Positions 25,393 through 34,450 of a DNA stretch of 63,585 nt are shown here, in pieces. Made by a program: the position numbers and the translations under genes. Each line of letters begins with the position of its first letter. Within the stretch, counting starts at the first letter, position 1. Origin of the DNA: a virus. The notes beneath the pieces were generated by a model. The model did not search any database and was not told the DNA's origin. It was given only the letters and a program-made list of their open reading frames with translations. The stretch spans positions 1 through 63,585 of IMG/VR virus record IMGVR_UViG_3300033997_000235, one strand, 5' to 3'.

Positions 25393-26082
25393 TTACTCGC
25401 CGCTCAGGCGTTCCTTAAGGGCGTACCCCATCAGCGGCCACACCTTGTCGATAGCGTTCTGGCGCGCGATCTTGCGGCCGATCTCGGCGTCGAAGTTCGC
25501 CGGGCTTGCACAGGCGCTCTCGCCGGTCACGGTGAAGCCGTTGCGCAGCACCAGCACGCAGAAGGTCAGCAGTCCGAGACTGCCAGTGTTCAGGTTGTGG
25601 ATCGGGTGATTGCCATGCGAAGACATGCGCGCGCCGTCCGCCGCCGTAAAATAGTGCTCGCTGGCAATGTTCGCCTCGATGTCAGCCGGTGTGATGCGCG
25701 GCGCAGTCAGGCCCTTGGCCTGGATTTCCTTCTCGATGGCGATATCGCGTGCGGCATGAGCCAGTTGATCGAACGCCTGAGTAGCAAGGCAAAGCGCACT
25801 CTCGGCCAGCTCAGTCTTGGCCACCTGCCCCTTCTGATACGGCATCCATGCGCAGTATCCGGCACCCGGCCTGGTTTCATCGTCATCCTGCACCAGCGGC
25901 ACACTGGTCTTGCCCCATGCGTTTCCGTTGGCATCGAAGTAGGTGATGTTGATGCAGCGGTCATTCCAGACGCACGCAACGATGCCAGCCAATGGCTGGC
26001 CTTGCGGCGGCAGCGCACCGTTGTCATCAGCGGTCGGGTAATAGTGGATAACGCGGCCGACGGTGGGAGTGATACTGGTCAT
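25393..26082 (-). CDS. N4 gp49 / Sf6 gp66 family phage protein
   Basis: C-terminal FTVTGESACASPANFDAEIGRKIARQNAIDKVWPLMGY matches this family from memory. Start ATG 26082 forms an ATGA overlap with the spanin stop, with GGAG upstream. Confidence 0.65.
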   Translation of the reverse strand: MTSITPTVGRVIHYYPTADDNGALPPQGQPLAGIVACVWNDRCINITYFDANGNAWGKTSVPLVQDDDETRPGAGYCAWMPYQKGQVAKTELAESALCLATQAFDQLAHAARDIAIEKEIQAKGLTAPRITPADIEANIASEHYFTAADGARMSSHGNHPIHNLNTGSLGLLTFCVLVLRNGFTVTGESACASPANFDAEIGRKIARQNAIDKVWPLMGYALKERLSGE

Positions 26083-26588
26083 TGTGGTGCTCCGATGATC
26101 TTGCACTGCCTGTGCAGGGATACGAGCTGCTCCTGCAGCTTCAGGATTTGGTCGCGCTGGACTTCGAGGCCGGCAACGAGGGCTGGATAAGCTCGTCGAG
26201 CAGCGGCTGTAAGTTCGGGGGCGCCTGCATCAGGCTCGCCGGCAGCGGTGGTGGCTCCGTCCACTCGCACTGCGGGGCAGGTGGCAGCGACTCGCAGCCC
26301 GCAAGTACCATCAGCGAGGCAGCGATACATAGCGTCGGCATAGTCTTCGGCACGTTGTTTCCCCTTCAAGAAGGCGTCTTCGCGCACGGCCTGGTCGTTG
26401 GCCAGTTCGCGCTGCAGGCGGTTGGTGTTGCGTAGCGACTGGACCGACGCAGCGTGTTGCTTGGCCAGAGTCACGGCGTTGTCACGCTCGAGCGCCACGG
26501 TGTCGAGACGCAGATATAGCAGCGCCAGGGCAATAGCCAGACCGGCGCAGGCGACAACCAGGGCGCGGATCACTGGACGCTCCAGCAC
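26079..26588 (-). CDS. Rz-like inner-membrane spanin (i-spanin)
   Basis: N-terminal transmembrane helix, then coiled-coil periplasmic region. Follows the endolysin and contains a nested lipoprotein ORF. Confidence 0.8.
   Translation of the reverse strand: MLERPVIRALVVACAGLAIALALLYLRLDTVALERDNAVTLAKQHAASVQSLRNTNRLQRELANDQAVREDAFLKGKQRAEDYADAMYRCLADGTCGLRVAATCPAVRVDGATTAAGEPDAGAPELTAAARRAYPALVAGLEVQRDQILKLQEQLVSLHRQCKIIGAPQ
26141..26353 (-). CDS. Rz1-like outer-membrane lipoprotein spanin (o-spanin), nested out of frame within the i-spanin gene
   Basis: Lipobox LAGC followed by a Pro-rich mature part. Fully embedded in 26079..26588. Confidence 0.75.
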   Translation of the reverse strand: MPKTMPTLCIAASLMVLAGCESLPPAPQCEWTEPPPLPASLMQAPPNLQPLLDELIQPSLPASKSSATKS

Positions 26589-27121
26589 TTGGCGTGACGC
26601 TCAAGCTGGCGAGTCCATACGCCCCAACAGCGCTGGTTGGGCTTGCCGTTCACCAGTGTCGAGCAGTCGTAACCAGCAGCCCGGCGCCACTTCAACAGCG
26701 CGTCACAGGCCTTCGGGTATTCGCCGGCCAGCAGATGGCGGCGCATAGAGGACGATCGCCAGTTGCCAATGCCGTACTGGCCGGTGAAGTCGAGGTAGAG
26801 GTCGTATTCCTCTTGGAACAGCTTCACCCCCGGCAGCGAGGCCTGGAATCGACGCTCTTCCTCGCTGTGCAGAGCCCGGGCCAGCTGCTGGGCGCGCTCG
26901 CGTGTGATGGGAGGATCTGCGAGGGTGACGCGCGTGCCGTCCTCGTAGCGGGTCGAACCGTGGCCAATGGTTGGCACGTCGCCCTTGGTCGGGATATGCG
27001 GAGCAAGCAGCTCGACGCCATCCTTCTCGACTACAGGGCTTTCGCCCTCGCTGGCGATCCAGCCGGCGAAGCCTGCTGCGCTCAGCACCAGGGAGGTGAC
27101 CAGCACGCGCACCCGGCTCAT
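26570..27121 (-). CDS. Endolysin, GH24 lysozyme type, with an N-terminal signal-anchor-release (SAR) helix
   Basis: Weakly hydrophobic Gly/Ala-rich N-terminus LVTSLVLSAAGFAGWIA, then EG..D..TIGHG catalytic pattern. Confidence 0.8.
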   Translation of the reverse strand: MSRVRVLVTSLVLSAAGFAGWIASEGESPVVEKDGVELLAPHIPTKGDVPTIGHGSTRYEDGTRVTLADPPITRERAQQLARALHSEEERRFQASLPGVKLFQEEYDLYLDFTGQYGIGNWRSSSMRRHLLAGEYPKACDALLKWRRAAGYDCSTLVNGKPNQRCWGVWTRQLERHAKCWSVQ

Positions 27122-27375
27122 TGCTGTGCACCCTCGGCCAGAGCATCCTGCTCTTCCTGGGCCTCACGGCGTGCCTTGTAGACGTACTGCACTTCGAGGT
27201 CATGCAAGCGCTGCTCGCGGCGATCCTTGCGGTACTGGTAGAAGAGATTGGCGGCGAAGGTCAGCAACGCAGTGACGATACCAACGACGATGCCCCACTC
27301 AGTAAGCGTCAACCCTGACGCCACCGACACACCTGCGCCGGCGTAGCTCACTCCACTCATAACCTTGTCGCTCAT
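27118..27375 (-). CDS. Holin (85 aa, two hydrophobic helices, charged C-terminus)
   Basis: Position immediately upstream of the endolysin with a 4-nt overlap. Transmembrane segments and a KDRREQR tail. Confidence 0.7.
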   Translation of the reverse strand: MSDKVMSGVSYAGAGVSVASGLTLTEWGIVVGIVTALLTFAANLFYQYRKDRREQRLHDLEVQYVYKARREAQEEQDALAEGAQQ

Positions 27376-27451
27376 ACGCTGATCCTGTCAGAGAGGGGTG
27401 GCCCCTCGTTTCGGTATGGTCAAAGGCTATGCAGGTGGCAGGTTGCGAGCG

Positions 27452-27466
27452 AACCCTACAGGGGGT
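27452..27466 (-). repeat. Late-region intergenic motif, copy 4
   Basis: Plus strand AACCCTACAGGGGGT. Overlaps the stop codon of 27466..28122 and lies 77 nt upstream of the holin start. Confidence 0.8.
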
Positions 27467-28122
27467 CAGGGCCAGGCTTTGTTGTGGTGCTCAACGTCCT
27501 GGCGGGTGATGCGGCGCAGGTCGCTGTCGGGGCGATCGCCGAAATAGGCGGTGAATGCGGCAAGGGCTGCGTCGGCGCGGCCGAGGTCCAGCGTCTCGCT
27601 ATCCGGAACACTAAAGGCGCGATGCAGTGCCCAGTTCACCAGATGGCGGTGATGGGCCAGGTTGATCTCTGGCTTCGATGCCTTTTCAGCGGTAAGGCCG
27701 CGCAAAGGCAGTCGGTAGCCTTCCAGTTTGAGCGTGCCACCCAGGCGCGGAGTCGGCACCAGGCGGATGCTGGTATCGCTCTGGATGGCGAAGCGTGGAA
27801 TGTCGGAACGATCGCGCCAACCTGGCATGTTGTCGTCCAGCCACTCGCGCGAAACGAGCTTTACCGGGCATCGTTCGGTCGAACCTGCCTCAAGCAGGCC
27901 CAGGTGATCGATCTCGTACAGCGCCTGGCTCAGCTGGTAAACGGATTCACCCGCGGCAATATCGATCTCGAAGCTCGAATCATGCAGCAGGCGCCCGCGA
28001 ATGCAGGCCTCCTGCTCTGCGTCAATGAGCCAGCGCGCAACATCAGACTGATCGAACAGGAACGGCTGCACCGTGTCCTGTGCGGTGACTCTGAAATCCT
28101 TGCTCAGCTCGTCGAGAGTCAT
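27466..28122 (-). CDS. Head-completion or head-tail adaptor-like protein (218 aa)
   Basis: Assigned by position at the end of the head module. No firm signature. Confidence 0.45.
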   Translation of the reverse strand: MTLDELSKDFRVTAQDTVQPFLFDQSDVARWLIDAEQEACIRGRLLHDSSFEIDIAAGESVYQLSQALYEIDHLGLLEAGSTERCPVKLVSREWLDDNMPGWRDRSDIPRFAIQSDTSIRLVPTPRLGGTLKLEGYRLPLRGLTAEKASKPEINLAHHRHLVNWALHRAFSVPDSETLDLGRADAALAAFTAYFGDRPDSDLRRITRQDVEHHNKAWP

Positions 28123-28125
28123 GGA

Positions 28126-28998
28126 TCACACCACTCCGAACTGGTCGATCATGCCGGTGACCGCCTGGCGCAGTTCGGCGACAGACTTGCGCTTGTCGAG
28201 GTTCTGCTTGTAGTTGGTCATGGCGTACTCGGCCAGCGAGTCCTTGGTCATGATGTTGATCTGCTGCTTCAGGTCGAGAATGCGATTCTCCTTCTCGCGG
28301 TTCTCGTCCTCGATCTTCTTGGCAGCAGCCAACTGGCGAGCGGTGTCGTCGTCTTCATCCTTGTCCTCGACCTTGTCCGGCTGCGCAGGCGCATCGGCCA
28401 CGGCTTTGGCTTTGCCTTCCTCGAACATGTCGGGGTGACGCAGGAACTTGCGGGCGATATCGACCGGCATGGCGCGCTCCTGGCCTTGGGTGAAGCTCAG
28501 GCCGGTGCCATACAGGTGATCGGTGTAGGTTTCCTTGCGACCGATGTAGACCACCACGATCTTGCCAGGGCCAGCCGGCGCGCTCGGCGCGGTCTGACCG
28601 GCTGGAACCTTGGCCAGCGCAGCAGCAACGGCAGTTGCAGCCGCTTCATCAGCGTCCGGCAGATCCTTCAGCGCATGCACGGTGGCATGCAGGATTGCGG
28701 CTTTCACACGATGCTCTACAGGGAGCTCAGCGAACGGCAACAGCAACGGGTGGGTTTTCGGCGTGGTATCGATCGCATCACCATGCACCCAACCGTCAGC
28801 CTGCTTGGCTTCGACCCACTTCTGGTGCTCCAGCTCAGGGGTCAGGTCTGGATTCTCGAAGTAGGCGGTTACGCCCGCGATGATCCCCTGCTGATAGCCT
28901 TCACCGGCATCTTCCCAGGCAACAGCGGTATCGCCAAACTCCTGGCTGATCGACGCAATAAGCGCGTGAGCAGCACCAGCAATTACGATGACTTTCAT
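28126..28998 (-). CDS. RyR (ryanodine-receptor-type) domain protein in the head module
   Basis: HQKWVEAKQADGWVHGDAIDTTPKTHPLLLPFAELPVEHRVK matches the RyR-domain pattern from memory. Acidic coiled-coil C-terminus. Confidence 0.6.
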   Translation of the reverse strand: MKVIVIAGAAHALIASISQEFGDTAVAWEDAGEGYQQGIIAGVTAYFENPDLTPELEHQKWVEAKQADGWVHGDAIDTTPKTHPLLLPFAELPVEHRVKAAILHATVHALKDLPDADEAAATAVAAALAKVPAGQTAPSAPAGPGKIVVVYIGRKETYTDHLYGTGLSFTQGQERAMPVDIARKFLRHPDMFEEGKAKAVADAPAQPDKVEDKDEDDDTARQLAAAKKIEDENREKENRILDLKQQINIMTKDSLAEYAMTNYKQNLDKRKSVAELRQAVTGMIDQFGVV

Positions 28999-29014
28999 AG
29001 TCGTGTCCTACCTT

Positions 29015-29045
29015 GCGGAAAAAGAAAGGGGCCGAAGCCCCTCCC
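29015..29045 (-). terminator. Intrinsic terminator after the capsid and decoration-like genes (minus strand)
   Basis: Minus strand GGGGC-TTCG-GCCCC followed by TTTCTTTTTCC. Confidence 0.7.
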
Positions 29046-29055
29046 AAGCTGCGTA

Positions 29056-29538
29056 TCAGCGGGCGCCTTTCAGTTCGCCGCTCACCAGCACCTCGATCTT
29101 GCTGGCCTTGGCGTTGTCAGCAGCCGCCGTGGTCAGGATCAGGCGTGCCGGCTTCGGCAGAACCTTCAGGGCTTTACCCGCATTGGCACGCAGGCGCGCA
29201 GCGGTTGCCAGGGCGAAGCCGGTACCGAAGTACGCGGCATCCTGCGGCACGGCAGCGTCATCCACACCATCCTCGTAGGCGAAGCCCAGAGAGCCGGTGA
29301 TGGTGGCGGTCATGCCGGTGCTGATCAGGATCGAAGCATCGTCCAGGCGCATGCCTTCCGGCAGTGGGCCGAGGTCGACCACGTCGGCAGCGGCGATCGC
29401 CGAGGTCGAATCAGCGTTCAGGGCGGCACCGTTGGAGCCGGTTTCCAGGGTGAATTTCAGGGTGGTGGTGTTGCCGTAGGCACCAGCAGCACCGCCAAAC
29501 TGGCGAGTGCCGAAGGTCTTGAGGGTTACTTTGGCCAT
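29056..29538 (-). CDS. Capsid decoration-like or structural protein (160 aa)
   Basis: Immediately downstream of the major capsid gene, strong GGAGAG RBS, followed by a terminator. Function assigned by position only. Confidence 0.5.
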   Translation of the reverse strand: MAKVTLKTFGTRQFGGAAGAYGNTTTLKFTLETGSNGAALNADSTSAIAAADVVDLGPLPEGMRLDDASILISTGMTATITGSLGFAYEDGVDDAAVPQDAAYFGTGFALATAARLRANAGKALKVLPKPARLILTTAAADNAKASKIEVLVSGELKGAR

Positions 29539-29598
29539 GATGGGCTCTCCTTCAATGGGGTTCAGTAAAGGCGGGCCGGTGTTACCCGACCCAACCCA

Positions 29599-30891
29599 TC
29601 ACTTGCGAGCGCCGATGATCGGCACGGCGGTATCGATCGCAGTCGCACCGTAGTCGGTGAACTCGGTACCGTTGCCAGTCTCGATAGCAAAGCGGATCTT
29701 GCTGACGCCACGAATGGCACCCAGCAGCAGTTCCACCTTGTCGCCATGGTCCAATTCCTTCTCGCTCCAGAAGAACGGGATCTTGGACTTCTCGCTGGCA
29801 GCCATCGCCTCGGCCACGGCCTGGCCACCCAGCAGGATGGCGCGGTCAATGGCGTGAGTGGTACCGAAGCCAGCCGGCACGATGCAGGTGCTTTCGGTTT
29901 CGCTGTTGCTGGCTGCGCTGTAGCGGATGGTGTCGCCGGCATAGAAGCGAATCGGCTTCGGCATCTTCACGATCAGCACGCCATTCCACAGGCCAACTTC
30001 ACCCAGGAACAGCGGATGGCCTTTGGCTTGCTGGGCACGCGCCATTGCACTGGCCTGCAACTGGCGGAAGTTGGGATCGGCTGCGAACAGGTTGTACTGA
30101 GCAGCGGATACCAGCATCACGCGCAGCGGCGAGTCGTTGGCAGCGGCGTCACCCTCGAAGATCACCGGGGGCGGCGGCAGCGCCACTTGGTCGATGAAGG
30201 TGCGGACGCCATCCACGGTATCCATCTTCATCAGGTCGGTGGTAGCCAGGTCGACCTCGCCAGCGTTTACGGTGAACGGCTTGATGCCGTTGCCGCCATC
30301 AGCGATGAAGTGACGGTTCTTGGTCGGCGCCTTCACGCGGTTGACCATGATCTTCGCGAAGTCAGGATGCGCCTCGGTCGGCACAGCCCACTCGATGTTG
30401 TCGTGGAAGCCACGGGCACCGGCCATATGCACCAGCAGGCTCTGGTCGACATAGGCATCCATCTTCGCCTGCGCGACAGGGCGACCCAGGCGGCGGAAGT
30501 CGGCCGGGCTGCGGATGGTGGTCATGGTGTCGCCGAGGTCGATCGGGAAGCGCGCCTGATTCACGCGCAGCTTGTCCTCGGACAGCTTCATGCCCACACC
30601 ACGACCCTCGGCGTACTCGCTACCCATGATCGGGTAACCGCCTACCGGGTTCAGCAGGTGGAAAGTGACTTCATCGCCGCGGCTCTTGCCCAGATCCTGG
30701 CAACGAACGATTGGCATGTGCTGGGTGGTCTGCTTGCGCAGGGTAGCCTCGGCACCAGCGGTACCTTTCGGCATCTTGCCGGTGAGGCGGTTCATGGTGG
30801 TATTGCGCTGGGTGTGGGTAGCGAACAGGCCGACAGCCTGCTCGACCATCGCCTGCGGGTCGCCGTAGCGCATATGAGTCTTGTCGGTCAC
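29599..30891 (-). CDS. Major capsid protein
   Basis: 430 aa, directly after the scaffold gene, AAGGAG RBS. The N-terminal region reminds me of the N4-type coat family (unverified). Confidence 0.75.
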   Translation of the reverse strand: MTDKTHMRYGDPQAMVEQAVGLFATHTQRNTTMNRLTGKMPKGTAGAEATLRKQTTQHMPIVRCQDLGKSRGDEVTFHLLNPVGGYPIMGSEYAEGRGVGMKLSEDKLRVNQARFPIDLGDTMTTIRSPADFRRLGRPVAQAKMDAYVDQSLLVHMAGARGFHDNIEWAVPTEAHPDFAKIMVNRVKAPTKNRHFIADGGNGIKPFTVNAGEVDLATTDLMKMDTVDGVRTFIDQVALPPPPVIFEGDAAANDSPLRVMLVSAAQYNLFAADPNFRQLQASAMARAQQAKGHPLFLGEVGLWNGVLIVKMPKPIRFYAGDTIRYSAASNSETESTCIVPAGFGTTHAIDRAILLGGQAVAEAMAASEKSKIPFFWSEKELDHGDKVELLLGAIRGVSKIRFAIETGNGTEFTDYGATAIDTAVPIIGARK

Positions 30892-30923
30892 GGTGAATCT
30901 CCTTGATCACGGGACACGGAGCG

Positions 30924-31979
30924 TCAGACGCTCCGGTTCAGAAATGCCTCGATCTGTTCCGGGCTCTTGTCCATCAAGGCCTCGGCCATATCTACGGCGC
31001 CTAAGTTCGCCAGGGCTTCGCTGCCAGTGGCCGGGCCTGCTCGGCCGCCCGGAATGTCCGAGAGGCTTGCAGGTACTGCCGGCTTGGCCGCTTCCACGGC
31101 TTGCTTGGCTGCTGCCTGAACGCCTGCACTTGCGGGCGCCGCGGCTGCTGCCTGAGTTTTCCCAGTGGCTTCCTTGTACGTGTCGATGAACTCGATAACC
31201 TCGGCCGCAGTGCCCTTCTCCATCACCGAGCGATAAGCGCTGCGGGCGAATCCGGGCTGCGACTCGATCCACGCATCCAGCTCCGCACTCTCGATAATCG
31301 AATCGAGGTCGGGGTGCTTGGCGTAGATCGCCTGCGCGTGAGCTTCCTGCTCGGTCAGTTGTTGCTTCTGCTGCAGGGGGGCCACTTGCTGCTTAACCAG
31401 ATCCGCCAGTAGTGCCGGGGCACTCTGGGCAATCAGGCTCTGCACACCCTTGGCCAGCGCTTCCGGGGAGAAATCCCCGAAAATGTCCGGGTCGATACCG
31501 GCATCCATAGCGGCCTCAGCGGCTGCCAGGTTTTTGTCGGCATCTGTCGGCGCAATCCCTGCATCCGCCCGTTGTTGCGCTTGATTCCTGAGCGCTTCCA
31601 GCTCCTGCTCGGCGCCCTGCAACTTCTGCAATAGCTCCTGCTCGCGGGCTTCCGCTGCCTGCCGTCCTTCTCGCGCTTCCTGCAGACGCTGATACGGAAT
31701 GGTGTGGACGTTGTCCTTCGCCATGATCACGGACTTGGCCGGATCTTCCGCCTCAACGCTTGCCGCGTTGTCATCGGTGTTCGGTACGTCGTCAGTTGCC
31801 TGTGCGCCGTCGGTGGCTGGTGCGGCTTCTGCAGCAGCAGCGGCGGGCGTCTCGCTGCCAGTGTCCGGGGTCGGTTCCCCGGTATCGCCCATATCCGCCA
31901 GCTCAAGAAGCTGGGCGGCCTGCTCTGCCGTCATCTCACCGTTCGGTGCGTGTTGCTGGATAAACTCGTTCGGATTCAT
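30924..31979 (-). CDS. Scaffolding protein
   Basis: 351 aa, acidic, Ala/Glu/Gln-rich coiled coil, located between the portal and capsid genes. Confidence 0.7.
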   Translation of the reverse strand: MNPNEFIQQHAPNGEMTAEQAAQLLELADMGDTGEPTPDTGSETPAAAAAEAAPATDGAQATDDVPNTDDNAASVEAEDPAKSVIMAKDNVHTIPYQRLQEAREGRQAAEAREQELLQKLQGAEQELEALRNQAQQRADAGIAPTDADKNLAAAEAAMDAGIDPDIFGDFSPEALAKGVQSLIAQSAPALLADLVKQQVAPLQQKQQLTEQEAHAQAIYAKHPDLDSIIESAELDAWIESQPGFARSAYRSVMEKGTAAEVIEFIDTYKEATGKTQAAAAAPASAGVQAAAKQAVEAAKPAVPASLSDIPGGRAGPATGSEALANLGAVDMAEALMDKSPEQIEAFLNRSV

Positions 31980-32099
31980 GCCTGTCCCGCCACATATCGC
32001 CGTGGCCGCAATGGGTTCAGCAGTTACGAGGCGTCGCCGCCTCGCGCATCGCCAGGTCGCGCCTGGCTTGCGAACGAGTGTCGCGAGGGGATCGGAAAA

Positions 32100-32135
32100 G
32101 AAAAAACCCTACAGGGGGTCAGCTCTGTAGGGCTT
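32100..32135 (-). terminator. Intrinsic terminator after the portal gene; its 3' arm is late-region motif copy 5 (32105-32119)
   Basis: Minus strand CCCTACAG-(10 nt)-CTGTAGGG followed by TTTTTTCTTTTCC. Confidence 0.75.
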
Positions 32136-32140
32136 TCAGG

Positions 32141-34450
32141 TCAAGCGAGGTTGTCGGTGGTCCTGGCAGTCTCGATTCCCTGCATTCCGGTACCAGGCTC
32201 AGCCGGTACCGGAGGGAATGCCGGGCTGGTGTTCTCGCGCACTGCAGGCATGGCATCAGGCCCGCCTGGCTGCACATAAGGCGTCTTGATGTTCATCGCC
32301 GCAGTGGCGTCAGCTTGCGGGAAGTTCGGATCGTCGCCCTGCTGCTGCTCGTAGCCCGCGCCCTTCATGATCTCGTCGGCGACGGGCGCGATCATCGGCA
32401 TCTGCGCGACCTGAGCGGCAGCCTGCATGGCCGAGTAGGCGGCCTGCACGCCGATTTGCACCGACTCGCGACGGATCCTCTCGATCTCGGCATCTGTCTT
32501 GCCCTCCTTCATCGCAAGCTCGCGCATCTTCAGCTCGGTACCGGACTTGGCCAGGGCATCGTCTACCGCCTGCTTGATGCGCTGCTCGACCTGCTCTGGC
32601 GTCTCCTGCTGGCCAGCGGCGCGAATCGCTTCGACCACATCGCGCTTGAATGGCACGTCCATGAGGCTGACCAAGAACGGCAGTACAGCAGCCTGGTACT
32701 GCGGCGGCAGGCTCTTGACCGCCTCGGACAGCGCTGCCAGTTGCTGGGCGCGATAGCTGTTGGTGCTCGGCACATCCTCCAGGGCAACCTTCAGTCGAGT
32801 GCGTTGCAGGTCGTTCGACAGATAGGTGTAGCCAGCCGGATCCTGCTCCGGCTTGTTGATCACCACGGTGCGATCCTCTCGCACCGCGTCGCCCTCGATG
32901 ATGATCGTCTGCTGCTGAGAGCCCAGATCCTTGATGATCATCGACAGCAGCAGTTCGCCTACCATGGTCCGGCCGGCGCGGAAGTTGTCCATCATCACGC
33001 CCAGCGCCTGGTTGCTTTGCTCGATCTGCATCGCCTCCTGCCGGCCACTGGTGGCGGTGCCTTCCTTGCCCATGAAGCCAGTGGTAACCGCCGATACGCG
33101 CTGAATCGCGGAACGGTTGTCCTGCATCATCTGGAACTGCTGGGCGTTGAGCTGAAAGTCTCGGTTCACTTCAAAGCGCGCGCCAGGCTTGGCCATTTCA
33201 ACTGGATTCAGCACGATATCGGCATCAACGCGCGCCACCTGCTGCCGGAACTGCGCATCGCTCATATCCACAGCGCCCTTGGTGCGCTCGGTACGCACCG
33301 CAGCCATGCCCCAGCGCAGTTTGCTGATACCGCTGTTCAGGCTGTCCTGCGGGTAGATCATGTCGCGCACGTAGCCGAATGGCACCCTGGTGCCGTCCTC
33401 GCGAAAGCCCCAGAACGGCACGTAGGGGAAGTGACGATGGGTGTAGGGGCTTGGACCATCATCCAGGCAGTGAGGGCCAAGCCAGTAGCTGCGACGCACC
33501 CTGGCCACTACAGCGCGACTGTACGTCGACATGCCGCTGGCCAGCGCAACCTGATGGGCCATGTTGTGCTCGTCGTACTCGACCACACGACCATCGGGCG
33601 CGGTAATCACGCCAACCTCGACCCAGCGGCGGTACCAGACTTCGGCCAGGCAGATCTCTTTCGAGGTCGGGTTGTACCAGCGTTCCTCTTGCACGGTCCA
33701 CGCGCGAGCATCCGCCCAGGCATTGTGCAATCCGGTGGAGTCGCCGCCGTCATTCGCCGCGCTCGGGGTGTCCATCCACCACTCGGCACCGTGCTTGCCG
33801 ATCGACTTGATCAGTTTCGCATGCTGGGGAAACGCTCGAGCAATGCGATCAGGGAGCAGCCAGCGCTGCCGGCGAAGCCAACGGGCATCGCTCAGATCCT
33901 TTTCCGTCGCAGCGAAATCCCAGTGCATTTCGTTGCGGTGGACCTTGCTGCAGCGGTACGGATACTTGAATGGGTCGCTCTCGCGCTTCACTTCGACCCA
34001 GCCGAGGCCGATAGCAATCTGCGACTGGAATGCATCGCTGCACGCATCGTCAGCCTTGGAATGGCGCTCAGCCTGATTCAGCTTGTAGTTCAGCGCATCA
34101 GCAACATCCTGGCCGCCAACGTCACCATCCGGGGTCACGCGCCAGTCAGTGCGGGTCGCACTCTCGTAGCCGCGGATCGACAGCAGCGCAGGACCGATCA
34201 GGTTCTCGACTGCCGGCGGAATGCCAAGCGCCTTCTGCCTGGCCAGCAGTTCGCTGTCCAGCTGGTTGCCGTCGGCATAGTCCATTTCCTTGTCGGCCGT
34301 GCTGCGCCACTTCGGCTGTTCCTCGATCTCATGCATGATCTCGGTGTACTCGTCGAGCGCCAGCGCCAGGTCGTCGTGCTCCTGCCCTTCGTGCTCGTCG
34401 TGCTCTTCGGTGTGCTTGAGTGCGGTAGCGTCCATCTGGTGATTCCTCAA
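32141..34450 (-). CDS. Portal protein
   Basis: 769 aa, immediately downstream of the large terminase with a 4-nt overlap. Size and position are typical. Confidence 0.75.
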   Translation of the reverse strand: MRNHQMDATALKHTEEHDEHEGQEHDDLALALDEYTEIMHEIEEQPKWRSTADKEMDYADGNQLDSELLARQKALGIPPAVENLIGPALLSIRGYESATRTDWRVTPDGDVGGQDVADALNYKLNQAERHSKADDACSDAFQSQIAIGLGWVEVKRESDPFKYPYRCSKVHRNEMHWDFAATEKDLSDARWLRRQRWLLPDRIARAFPQHAKLIKSIGKHGAEWWMDTPSAANDGGDSTGLHNAWADARAWTVQEERWYNPTSKEICLAEVWYRRWVEVGVITAPDGRVVEYDEHNMAHQVALASGMSTYSRAVVARVRRSYWLGPHCLDDGPSPYTHRHFPYVPFWGFREDGTRVPFGYVRDMIYPQDSLNSGISKLRWGMAAVRTERTKGAVDMSDAQFRQQVARVDADIVLNPVEMAKPGARFEVNRDFQLNAQQFQMMQDNRSAIQRVSAVTTGFMGKEGTATSGRQEAMQIEQSNQALGVMMDNFRAGRTMVGELLLSMIIKDLGSQQQTIIIEGDAVREDRTVVINKPEQDPAGYTYLSNDLQRTRLKVALEDVPSTNSYRAQQLAALSEAVKSLPPQYQAAVLPFLVSLMDVPFKRDVVEAIRAAGQQETPEQVEQRIKQAVDDALAKSGTELKMRELAMKEGKTDAEIERIRRESVQIGVQAAYSAMQAAAQVAQMPMIAPVADEIMKGAGYEQQQGDDPNFPQADATAAMNIKTPYVQPGGPDAMPAVRENTSPAFPPVPAEPGTGMQGIETARTTDNLA

